Below, one piece after another: positions 21,836-30,623 of a DNA stretch of 64,000 nucleotides (positions are counted from its first letter, which is position 1; every line of letters starts with the position of its first letter). This DNA comes from Candidatus Latescibacterota bacterium (lineage in GTDB: Bacteria; Latescibacterota; UBA2968; UBA8231): assembly GCA_965208105.1 (NCBI GenBank), contig OZ242318.1, positions 2,784,001-2,848,000 on the forward strand, written 5' to 3'. Position numbers and translations under genes: made by a program. The notes beneath the pieces were generated by a model that did no database searches, was not told the origin of the DNA, and was given only the letters and a program-made list of their open reading frames with translations.

Positions 21836-22681
21836 TCAGGGGGTCTTCGCGATGCGGTCCTGGTGGACGACCCATTCCTTGGTGGACTTCAACTGCTCTA
21901 CAAAGCTCTCCAGGCGCTGCCGGTGCTCGCTCCGCACCAGAATCTCGACAATATGCGGCCGCACTTGCTCCAGGTCCTTGACGGTGCCCTCTTCCTGGCG
22001 GTCCAGCACCTCGAAAATGTGATAGCCGTACTGGGTCCTCAGCGGTTTGGACAGCCGGTTGAGGACCAGCTCGTGGCAGGCGTCCCACAGCACCGGATTT
22101 TCCTCCGGGGAAAAATATCCCAGATCTCCCCCTGAAAATTTGGATTTCTCGTCGAGGGAATGAGCGCGCGCTACCTCCTCGAATGAGTAGCTGCCCTGTA
22201 CCAGGTCCTGGCGGCGGGCCTGGGCATCGCGCGCGCTGGCCACCAGAATGTGACGGACTCGAAGCTCCTTTTCCGAGCGCAGAAACTCTTCGCGGTGCTC
22301 CTGATAGTATCCCTTGACCATTGGTTCGGTGACTGCCACCTCTCTGCCCTCGAATTCCGAATCGAGCAAGGCAGCCACCAGCAGATCTCTCCTGGTTTGC
22401 TCGAACAGGTGCTGAATACGCACGTTCTCATCGAGATTGCGCTCGACAGCTTCCTGATAGAGAAGCTCTTGCCTGACCCAGTTTTCGACAAAGTTACTCG
22501 ATGCCGTCCCGGACCCACCTTCCAAATCGAAAGGAAGCTGGACCGCAAGATCGGCCTTGGTAAGCTCGGCCTCGCCAACTCGTGCAATGATGGGACTTTT
22601 TTCCGAGGGGTTGTCGCAGGCCGCGTAGAAAACCACCGCGGTCCATGCTCCAAGCTGAATCTTTTGCAGAAGATTTACCAT
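21836..22681 (-). CDS. PpiC-type peptidyl-prolyl isomerase, probable lipoprotein
   Basis: YAAC lipobox-like sequence; VRHILV, FEEVARAHS, GGDLG, YGYHI. Confidence 0.85.
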   Translation of the reverse strand: MVNLLQKIQLGAWTAVVFYAACDNPSEKSPIIARVGEAELTKADLAVQLPFDLEGGSGTASSNFVENWVRQELLYQEAVERNLDENVRIQHLFEQTRRDLLVAALLDSEFEGREVAVTEPMVKGYYQEHREEFLRSEKELRVRHILVASARDAQARRQDLVQGSYSFEEVARAHSLDEKSKFSGGDLGYFSPEENPVLWDACHELVLNRLSKPLRTQYGYHIFEVLDRQEEGTVKDLEQVRPHIVEILVRSEHRQRLESFVEQLKSTKEWVVHQDRIAKTP

Positions 22682-22732
22682 GTTGCAAGATCTACGCGAA
22701 TAACCCTCCAGGGATCGAGAATTCGAGAACTA

Positions 22733-25700
22733 TCAGAGAATCTCCTTCATCAGGTCCCTGGCTCTCTCCAGGCGTTCCTGTTCATAACTTCCGCCCAGAT
22801 CCGCCTCGATAAGGAAGCTCTCCCCCAGGGAGAACTGGAGCTGGAGGGAGCTCTTTTCCACCACGTCCTGGATTTCGGCGCGAGAGAGGTCTCTCCCTTC
22901 CGGGAAAAAAAGGCTGAGGCGCGAGCGTTCGAGCTGTACGGCGGCCAAGCCCAGTTGCCGTGCCATGATCTTGATCTCCAACAGGTGCAGCAGGGACTGA
23001 GTAGGCAGCGGAGGACGGCCGAAGCGATCGACCATTTCCTCGCGAATCGCGAACAGGTCGACGATTCTGCGGGCTGCAGCCAGGCGCTGGTAGAATTCCA
23101 TCTTCTGGTCGCCATCGGGCACGTAGCCGTCGGAGATATAAGCCGTGACCGGAATCTTGATCTCGGGTTCGAACTCAGGGTCCTGGGCCTCGCCTTTGAT
23201 CTCGCGCATGGCTTCTTCCAGAAGGCGGCAATACATGTCAAACCCCACGGCGGAGATAAACCCGTGCTGCTGCGCCCCCAGCAGGTTGCCGGCGCCGCGG
23301 ATTTCCATGTCGCGCATGGCGACATTGAACCCGGAACCGAGGTCGGCGAACTCCTCGATAGCGCGCAGCCGCATGCGGCTCTTCTTGGCGAGCCTTTTGC
23401 CCTTGGGTACCAGCAAATAAGCGAACGCCCGTTCGTTGGAGCGGCCCACCCGGCCCCGGATCTGGTAGAGCTGGCTGAGCCCCAGAGCGTCGGCCCGGTT
23501 GACCAGGATGGTATTTACCGAAGGGATGTCAATCCCCGACTCTATGATCATTGTACAGACCAGGCAGTCGTATCTCCGTTCCAGAAAATCGAACATTATC
23601 TTCTCGAGCTGGCGCGCAGGCAGTTGCCCGTGGGCCACCCCGAAGCGCACCTGCGGAAGAAGCTCCTGAAGATATTCGGCCAGGCGGTAGAGAGGCTGTA
23701 CCCGGTTGTGAACGAAGTAGACCTGGCCTCCGCGCTCGACCTCCCGCAGAATGGCGGATGCTATGCGGTTCTCGTCAAAGGAGATGATTTCGGTGTGGAT
23801 GGGCAACCGGTCCTGGGGCGGAGTATTGATCACCGACATGTCGCGCGAGCCCATCAGAGACATGTGCAGGGTGCGTGGTATGGGTGTGGCCGTCAGGGTC
23901 AGCACGTCCACCTGGCGCTTGAGTTGTTTGATCTTCTCCTTGTGCCGCACCCCGAAGCGCTGTTCCTCGTCGACTACGAGCAGACCTAAATCCCGGAAGT
24001 CAACGTCCTTGGAGAGAATGCGGTGGGTTCCTATGAGGATGTCGACTTTTCCACTTTGGAGCTCGGCAAGAATCCGCTTCTGCTGCCTGGAAGTGCGAAA
24101 CCGGCTGAGGACCTCCACCTTCACGGGTGCATTCGCCATGCGCTCGCAGAAGGTGTGGTAATGCTGCTCGGCGAGGATGGTTGTGGGCACGAGGACCGCC
24201 ACCTGTTTGCCATCAAGCACGGATTTAAAGGCGGCCCGCACCGCGACCTCGGTCTTTCCATAGCCGACGTCTCCGCAAACAAGCCGATCCATTGGCGAAG
24301 TCGACTCCATATCCTCTTTAACTTCCTCTACAGTGCGGAGTTGATCCGCCGTCTCCTGGAAGGGGAAGTTGGCTTCCAGTTCGCCCTGCAAAGGACTGTC
24401 TGCCGAAAATCTGAATCCAGGACGGGTCTTGCGTTCGGCGTAGAGCTTTGCGAGTTCGCCGGCCATCTTGAAGATCTCTTCGCGAGTCCGTTCTTTGAGC
24501 TTTTCCCAGGAATTCCCGCCCAGCTTGCTCAGGTGGGGGATATCTCCCTCGGCACTGGAATACCGGCGCAGGCGGTCGAGCTGCTCGACCGGAACGAAGA
24601 GTTTGTCGGTACCCTGATAGGCCACCCGCAGGCAGTCGTGCTCGCGACCGCCGATGCGGAGGCGCTGAATTCCCATGTACCGCCCGATCCCGTGGTCAAC
24701 GTGAACTACGAAGTCTCCATGGTGCAGAGTATTGAAACTGGACAGGGGAATCGCGGCCTTGAACTTGCGGTAGCGGTAGCGCCGCTTCTTCCGGCTGAAT
24801 ATCTCGTGGTCGTTGAACAGGGCAATCCGTGCTGCGGGATAGACGAATCCCTGGTGCAAGGTGCCCAGACCGAATGAAATGAGGTCCGACCATTCTGCAA
24901 AAATCTCCTCCAGGCGGTTGTTCTGGGCCTGAGTCTCGCACCTCATGTGAATTGCGTAATCTTCTTCTCCCAATCGGTCGACCTTGCGGCGCAATTGGGT
25001 CAGTTCACCCTGGAAGATTCCGGGTTCCTCGGCTCCAAATCGTATGGACTCACTCACTTTCCCCACCGGCGCCAGCTGAATCCGGGTACAGGCCTCCACC
25101 TGGCCTCTCAGCCAGGCGGCGTCCCGGATAAATTTCTCCGGCGGCAAAAGGGAGTCGCGCTCGGCGCGGCGAAGGTATTCCTTCCGGGGGCGATCCAGAA
25201 ACCTGTCGATGCCATTTTCGACTTCCTCGCTGTCGTCGATAAATACCAGCGGGTGTTCGAAGTAGTCGAAGAGGCCGTTCCCCTCCTCGTACAGTATGGC
25301 CATGGCTTGCTCGATCCCCTCGAGCGAAGCGCCGAGCTCCAGCTGTTCCTTGAGACCGGCCAGGTCCATCCCCTCTCTTGCATGGGCATCCTCGACGCGC
25401 TGCAGGAAATCCTCGTAGAATGGAGAGAAAAGGAGAACCTCCCTGGCAGGGGGCAAAAGGGCCTCATCGCAGGTAGCCAGGGAGCGTTGCGTTCCCGGGT
25501 CGAAAGTGCGGATGGACTCGATTTCATCGCCGAAGAACTCGAACCTGAAAGGATTCTCACTGCCGAAGGGGTAGACGTCGAGTATGCCGCCGCGAACGCT
25601 GAACTGTCCCACGCCGTCGATTATGGCAACCCGTTCAAATCCGCAGTCGACGAGATGGCCGCCGAGCTCGTCCAGAGAGTGTTCCTCCCCGGTCTTCAGT

Positions 25701-26140
25701 TGCAGGGTTCCCAGGTCCAGAGCATGGGGTGGAATCAGTGGATAGAGCAGAGCTGAAGCGGGTGCGATTAAAATGGTGGGCCGGCGGCGATGCAGTTGGA
25801 TGGCGCTCTCGATGCGCAGGCCGGTGATTTCAGTTGCCGGAGACCGCCCTTCGTAGAGGTCGACATCCCAGGCAGGAAAGTAGTGCACTACTTCTTCGCC
25901 GGCGATGGTCTGGAGATCGTCCCGCCACTCCTCGGCGCGGTCTTCGTCGGCTGCGATGACCAGCAGCGGACGCTCGATTGACCGCTTGATGTGGGTGAGG
26001 AGAAAAGCCAGCAGGGTCGTGGGCAGGCCATGGAGAAAAAGCTCCTCCTCCCCTGCCCGCAAACGGGCAACGACCTCTTTGAAAGGATCGGTCTGCGCGG
26101 TCCTGCGGGCAATGTAGTCGAGCGAAAGTGAGGGATCCAT
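22733..26140 (-). CDS. mfd: Transcription-repair coupling factor Mfd
   Basis: VVHVDHGIG, CGDVGYGKTEVA, DEEQRFG, TATPIPRT, QIRGRVGRS, TRCF C-terminus. Confidence 0.99.
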   Translation of the reverse strand: MDPSLSLDYIARRTAQTDPFKEVVARLRAGEEELFLHGLPTTLLAFLLTHIKRSIERPLLVIAADEDRAEEWRDDLQTIAGEEVVHYFPAWDVDLYEGRSPATEITGLRIESAIQLHRRRPTILIAPASALLYPLIPPHALDLGTLQLKTGEEHSLDELGGHLVDCGFERVAIIDGVGQFSVRGGILDVYPFGSENPFRFEFFGDEIESIRTFDPGTQRSLATCDEALLPPAREVLLFSPFYEDFLQRVEDAHAREGMDLAGLKEQLELGASLEGIEQAMAILYEEGNGLFDYFEHPLVFIDDSEEVENGIDRFLDRPRKEYLRRAERDSLLPPEKFIRDAAWLRGQVEACTRIQLAPVGKVSESIRFGAEEPGIFQGELTQLRRKVDRLGEEDYAIHMRCETQAQNNRLEEIFAEWSDLISFGLGTLHQGFVYPAARIALFNDHEIFSRKKRRYRYRKFKAAIPLSSFNTLHHGDFVVHVDHGIGRYMGIQRLRIGGREHDCLRVAYQGTDKLFVPVEQLDRLRRYSSAEGDIPHLSKLGGNSWEKLKERTREEIFKMAGELAKLYAERKTRPGFRFSADSPLQGELEANFPFQETADQLRTVEEVKEDMESTSPMDRLVCGDVGYGKTEVAVRAAFKSVLDGKQVAVLVPTTILAEQHYHTFCERMANAPVKVEVLSRFRTSRQQKRILAELQSGKVDILIGTHRILSKDVDFRDLGLLVVDEEQRFGVRHKEKIKQLKRQVDVLTLTATPIPRTLHMSLMGSRDMSVINTPPQDRLPIHTEIISFDENRIASAILREVERGGQVYFVHNRVQPLYRLAEYLQELLPQVRFGVAHGQLPARQLEKIMFDFLERRYDCLVCTMIIESGIDIPSVNTILVNRADALGLSQLYQIRGRVGRSNERAFAYLLVPKGKRLAKKSRMRLRAIEEFADLGSGFNVAMRDMEIRGAGNLLGAQQHGFISAVGFDMYCRLLEEAMREIKGEAQDPEFEPEIKIPVTAYISDGYVPDGDQKMEFYQRLAAARRIVDLFAIREEMVDRFGRPPLPTQSLLHLLEIKIMARQLGLAAVQLERSRLSLFFPEGRDLSRAEIQDVVEKSSLQLQFSLGESFLIEADLGGSYEQERLERARDLMKEIL

Positions 26141-26380
26141 AGGGTCGCGTCGGTCAGATGATAGCCGGGGATGCCGGCATTGCGGAAACCCCCGCTAAAT
26201 CTGTTCGGGACAAGCGGATTAAGATAACCGGGTGAGACGATTGCTGTCAAGGAAAGGCAGACGTTGGAAGCAATCCTCACACGTGTGTGCCCGGTGGCCC
26301 TCTCCGGGATTTGGAGAGTCCCGGCCTGGTCTGTCGGTTGGAAACAGGCCTGTCAGAATTTGACTGTTTGGGAGGAGAAG

Positions 26381-28363
26381 CTACCAACCATGGATGTGAT
26401 GCGCGTCGGCGGGGAACCAGGCCAGGTCCACGAGGCCCGAGAGGCCAACTCCGAGGACGTAGCCGATGGCGAGGCCGTAGAAGAACGGCTTGCCCGCCTG
26501 ATAGGCGCGGACCCCTCCAAAGTGCAGCAGAACCAGCTTGATGCACCACACGAGAAATAGACTGAACCAGTAGAGCCACGTGCCGAAGGTGTATTGAAAG
26601 GCCAGGCCAAGAGGGTGCAGGGAAAACCAGTGAAAGCGGGCCCGCAGCAGGACGATTCCGGCTGCTTCCCCGAAACCCAGGACCCACAGGCCCCAGCGGA
26701 CAGGATCGGGCCCGGTGGGATTCTGCAGCAACAGAGCCAGGTGGTTGTACGCCCCGACTGCATAGGCCCTGACGGCGACGCTGGCTCCCTCCTGGTAGGC
26801 CAACTGCAGGGTAGCCCCCGCCGCCACCAGGAACCCCACTGGAAAAGCGATCAGTACCGCCCAGGTTACGTACCCAGGTTGCCGCCAGATTGAGAAGATC
26901 CGCAGGTGATGAACCATGGCCGGCCACGCCGGAATCCGGATATTGCCGAAGAATGCCTCGCCGGAGAAAATCTTGAACCCCACCACACTCTGGTTGGACA
27001 GATAGCTGGTGCCCACAAAGTCGGTCACGAAAGTTCCGCCGCGCAGAAAAGTCCAGTTCGGAAACAGGTAGGCAAACCCCGTTGCCGCAATAAGCTTGGC
27101 GGTTACCAGCAGTACCATCGCCATGGAAAGAAAGCCGAATACCGCCAGGAGGGGATTCATCCCCAGGCCGACCATCCAGACAATTACATACAGGGCGGAA
27201 AGCACCATCCCAACCAGGGCCCATCGGTAAACCACCACTCGCCGCCGTTCTCCAGTACCGTTGCGCGCCTGGCGCCACACCTCCCGGAGGTGGCGGCGCC
27301 CCAGCCAGACGGACCATGCGGCGATGAAGACGAAGGCCCCGTAGCTCTCGAGGTAGAGGATGTCCCATACCCCGTCAACCATGTAAGTCGACGTCCCCGA
27401 GGAACCCAGAGTGTATCCCAGGCGGCGCAACGCCCATTCCTTGGGAACCGAGAGCCAGTAGAACACCACCAGGCTTCCCAGAATGTCCAGCGGACAAAGG
27501 TAGACCACGGCCAGGACAAGAGGCATGACCCTGAACCAGAGTCCGCGCCAGTAATAGGGACTGAACTGCAGGTTGTAGTGCTCCCAGTAGAGTCCGAAAC
27601 GGGGAAGCCCTGGCGAAAAATAGGTTCCGATGTTGTAGAGGATTGGTAAAAAGACGGCCAGAAAACCTATCCAGAACAGACGCCGGCGGAATAAATCGGG
27701 CATGCGCCTGGGACCATCCATGCCGCGGGTGAGATCCATCGGCATCTGGGCCAGGGGATATGTCAGCTTCTCATGCTCTACCCACTGGCGCTGGAAGAGG
27801 ATCATCAGGCAGTAGCCGAATATCACGATGCCCAGGGAAACGCTCAGCCACTGGGCAAGAACTCCTGCCCAGGCAGACCAGGGAAGCTCCATCCCCTCGG
27901 GCAAACCGTGGAAGAAGGTATCGATGACGGTTGATGTGGTGGCCGGAAAGAGATGCCAGGGCATGTAGTCGAAAAAGATGCCTGCCCACTGGTTCTCGGA
28001 AGTCGAAAAATAGGTGGGAGATGCCAGGGCGTTGGTGAAGTAGTTCATGTACCCCAGCTGGGGAAGGGTGCCCACTACCCAGACCATAACCAGGATGGTC
28101 AGCAGCTCACCCCGCTTCAGCGCTACACTGGGGAAAATCCACTTGAGGCCAACGTTGACGAACAGCCAGACCACGAAGGGCATCAGGACAGTCATCGGGA
28201 ACTGGGAATGCACGTAGCTTCCCACTCCGAGCCCCTGTGCCACATGAACCACGAAGTAGAACATGCCGGCGATTGTAACGGCGCCCAGAAGCAGGGCCCG
28301 GCAGGTTACGACCGGAGGTGTTTCAGGATGGGTATGGATTTCGCTCTTCGGTTCGGAGCTCAA
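26381..28363 (-). CDS. Large polytopic membrane protein (DUF6785/DUF6784-like)
   Basis: RQWVEHEKLTYPLAQMP, WFSLHPLG and KPFFYGL motifs; many TM helices. Confidence 0.75.
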   Translation of the reverse strand: MSSEPKSEIHTHPETPPVVTCRALLLGAVTIAGMFYFVVHVAQGLGVGSYVHSQFPMTVLMPFVVWLFVNVGLKWIFPSVALKRGELLTILVMVWVVGTLPQLGYMNYFTNALASPTYFSTSENQWAGIFFDYMPWHLFPATTSTVIDTFFHGLPEGMELPWSAWAGVLAQWLSVSLGIVIFGYCLMILFQRQWVEHEKLTYPLAQMPMDLTRGMDGPRRMPDLFRRRLFWIGFLAVFLPILYNIGTYFSPGLPRFGLYWEHYNLQFSPYYWRGLWFRVMPLVLAVVYLCPLDILGSLVVFYWLSVPKEWALRRLGYTLGSSGTSTYMVDGVWDILYLESYGAFVFIAAWSVWLGRRHLREVWRQARNGTGERRRVVVYRWALVGMVLSALYVIVWMVGLGMNPLLAVFGFLSMAMVLLVTAKLIAATGFAYLFPNWTFLRGGTFVTDFVGTSYLSNQSVVGFKIFSGEAFFGNIRIPAWPAMVHHLRIFSIWRQPGYVTWAVLIAFPVGFLVAAGATLQLAYQEGASVAVRAYAVGAYNHLALLLQNPTGPDPVRWGLWVLGFGEAAGIVLLRARFHWFSLHPLGLAFQYTFGTWLYWFSLFLVWCIKLVLLHFGGVRAYQAGKPFFYGLAIGYVLGVGLSGLVDLAWFPADAHHIHGW

Positions 28364-28372
28364 AATTTCAAA

Positions 28373-29155
28373 TCAGCTGACGGAAAACGGGGGCTCGGGA
28401 GGGGGCTGGCCAACGGCCGGCTCGCCGCCGATCAGGAAGGGTTCGGCATTGCCCCAAAGCCTGCTGCCATCGGAAGAAACCAGGGGCTCGCAGGAGTACT
28501 GGGCCAGGTAGACGCGGCGGAGGGCGTCGGTGGTATTGGTGCCGCTGGAGTGGAAGTTGTAGCTGGTGAAGACGGCCAAACTTCCAGCGGGGGCGATGAC
28601 GGGAATGCCGGGGTCGCTGCCGAAATAGCCGACGAGATCATTGGACCCCTCCTCGCGGACGTGCTTGACCCAGCTGCGGATCCCCGAGCGCGAGAAGGGC
28701 AGCAGGTGAACGGTGCCGTTCTCCTCCGACATGTCGTCGAGGGCGCACCAGCAGGTCAGGTAGGGCTTGTGGTCGGGATATCCAATGTAGCCGGAATCCT
28801 GGTGCCATGAGAACTTCATCCCTGCTTCGGCGCCTTTGACCACGTATTGCTCCCAGAAAAAGTAGACTTCATCACCGAGAGTCGCCTGGCAGATCTCGGC
28901 CATCAGGTCGGAGAAAAGAAACTCGCGCAGACGCGGCTGGTCGCGAAAGCAGTTGGATACGAAGTAACGGCTGCCGCGGTGATTGAGGCCGAGAGAATCG
29001 GTGCCCTCGGCATCCATTTGCGCATTCGCCTTGTCGATAAAGGCCTGGCACTCGCCGCGGAGGAGCCGGAGGTGGTGTGGAGGGATGGCACTATCCAGGA
29101 TGAAATATCCTTCTTCTTTGAATTGACGCTTGTGTTCTTCGGTTATGATGGGCAT
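28373..29155 (-). CDS. Phytanoyl-CoA dioxygenase (PhyH) family Fe(II)/2OG oxygenase
   Basis: F.EEGYF, WHQD, WCALDD..EENG, FHSSGTN..RR; start placed at ATG 29155. Confidence 0.9.
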   Translation of the reverse strand: MPIITEEHKRQFKEEGYFILDSAIPPHHLRLLRGECQAFIDKANAQMDAEGTDSLGLNHRGSRYFVSNCFRDQPRLREFLFSDLMAEICQATLGDEVYFFWEQYVVKGAEAGMKFSWHQDSGYIGYPDHKPYLTCWCALDDMSEENGTVHLLPFSRSGIRSWVKHVREEGSNDLVGYFGSDPGIPVIAPAGSLAVFTSYNFHSSGTNTTDALRRVYLAQYSCEPLVSSDGSRLWGNAEPFLIGGEPAVGQPPPEPPFSVS

Positions 29156-29231
29156 GAGCGATTGCTTTCCCCTGGATGATTTTCTGGAAGATAGACCGGT
29201 GAAAGGGTCGGAGCAAGCTGCCGTGAACCGG

Positions 29232-29268
29232 AAAAAAAAACGCAACCTACCGGAGACAGAAGGTTGCG
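29232..29268 (-). terminator. Intrinsic terminator after tRNA-Ala
   Basis: cgcaacct/aggttgcg stem followed by a T9 run on the minus strand. Confidence 0.85.
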
Positions 29269-29275
29269 CAAAAAC

Positions 29276-29351
29276 TGGTGGAGCTGAGGGGAATCGAACC
29301 CCTGACCTCCTGAATGCCATTCAGGCGCTCTCCCAACTGAGCTACAGCCCC
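29276..29351 (-). tRNA. tRNA-Ala (GGC)
   Basis: GGGGCTGTAGCTCAGTTGGGAGAGCGCCTGAATGGCATTCAGGAGGTCAGGGGTTCGATTCCCCTCAGCTCCACCA; 76 nt, CCA encoded, anticodon GGC. Confidence 0.98.
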
Positions 29352-29362
29352 AGAGACGGAGG

Positions 29363-29391
29363 AAGCTACGATATCATCGCAGTTTGGTCAA
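29363..29391 (-). promoter_or_regulatory. Putative sigma-70 promoter of tRNA-Ala
   Basis: TTGACC-N17-TAGCTT on the minus strand. Confidence 0.55.
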
Positions 29392-29414
29392 CTGCAGGGT
29401 TCACTGCCAACGAC

Positions 29415-30029
29415 CTACTTCTGATTGACCACCACTCCCATGTTCAAGTCATCGGCTTCATAGTTGTCTCGCTCCATGGAACTGGGGCCTACCGAAAAGA
29501 AAACCACCTGAATGCTGGCCTGGGCAAGGGTTGTAAAACCGGAGGCGGTCTTCAGGGTCAGGGAACCCAGGTCGAAATCCCCTTCCATGGGCTTGGCGAG
29601 GCTGGCGCCGCCGAACCTCACCTTATTGTCATCCACCAGTTCAACCCCATTGCTGGGCAAGGTCACAAAAGCGCTGTTTGGAACAAAGGCGGAGGCTTCC
29701 TGATCGAAGGATGCAGCTGGATGGAGCTCGACGATACCCTCGAACTGCTTTACCTCGGAGGCATCTTTGACTTGAAAGGTCAGTACGACATCTTGTTGCG
29801 GCCCGGTAGATGCCCAGTCGCCTTCCTCGATGAGGATTGAAGCAATATAGCGACCGCCGAGCTGGGCATTCAGTCCCAAACCGACGGAGTCGGTGGAGGT
29901 CTGGCCCGAGCCGGAGGGCTGTACCTTGTTCCCCCCATTCTGGCCACAACTCAGAGCACCTGCGACCAGGCAACAGACCATGGAAATGGCAAGCATTGGA
30001 GTGGGTCTCGGCAGGGGAATGGGTTTCAC
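29415..30029 (-). CDS. Hypothetical lipoprotein (beta-rich, possibly cohesin-like)
   Basis: Signal peptide ending ALSC, low-complexity linker, then a beta-strand-rich domain. Confidence 0.6.
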   Translation of the reverse strand: MKPIPLPRPTPMLAISMVCCLVAGALSCGQNGGNKVQPSGSGQTSTDSVGLGLNAQLGGRYIASILIEEGDWASTGPQQDVVLTFQVKDASEVKQFEGIVELHPAASFDQEASAFVPNSAFVTLPSNGVELVDDNKVRFGGASLAKPMEGDFDLGSLTLKTASGFTTLAQASIQVVFFSVGPSSMERDNYEADDLNMGVVVNQK

Positions 30030-30395
30030 GAAACCTCGCAGGAAACTGATTATTCAGGGGCTGCCCTGGCCTAAGCATTGAATCGGAAGGCGGGCAATGC
30101 CCCCTGTGGGCAATCGCGCCTCGTGCTGAAAACCTGCAATGACAGGATGTCCCAGGGCGTTTGGAAGCTTTAAATATAATTTCAGATACCGGAGGCGGCA
30201 ACTTGCCCTTAGAACTCCCGACTACGGGAAATCCCTTGTAGATTTCCCGTCCGATCGGGATCCAAAACCACTTTTTTGCAACCGTTTCCCAAACCGCCAG
30301 AACTGATTCACACCAGCCAGGAGAAAATTTTTAATTTTAATATATACAATGTTTTACAATTTATTCTCTGTCTGATTTCAACCCTTCCAAAGTGA

Positions 30396-30424
30396 TTGAC
30401 TTCTGGTTTCGATTTGACTATGTT
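30396..30424 (+). promoter_or_regulatory. Putative sigma-70 promoter upstream of dnaE
   Basis: TTGACT-N17-TATGTT, preceded by an AT-rich tract (~30320-30365). Confidence 0.6.
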
Positions 30425-30623
30425 AGGTGCGCCGATGCATTCCTCTCCCGGTTCTCACTCCTCCCCTTGTCCTCCTTGCATCGGCCTGCTCGAAATCGCA
30501 CGACCGATTTTATCCACCCGACAACCAGATTCATAGATTCTTGATCATCTTTTCTCCCGCCAACCCAAACGCCCAACTTTCATTGCGGTGATCTCACTGC
30601 TCTGAACCCGGGTAGGAAAACCG

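Noticed and set aside
29156-29320. N-terminal extension of the PhyH ORF
   Set aside because: Runs through the tRNA-Ala gene and its terminator
29276-29351. tRNA-Ala as an integration site for an island
   Set aside because: No duplicated tRNA 3' end and no integrase noticed in the window
30060-30620. Replication origin in the AT-rich gap before dnaE
   Set aside because: Only one near-consensus DnaA box and no dnaA/dnaN context; better explained as a divergent promoter region
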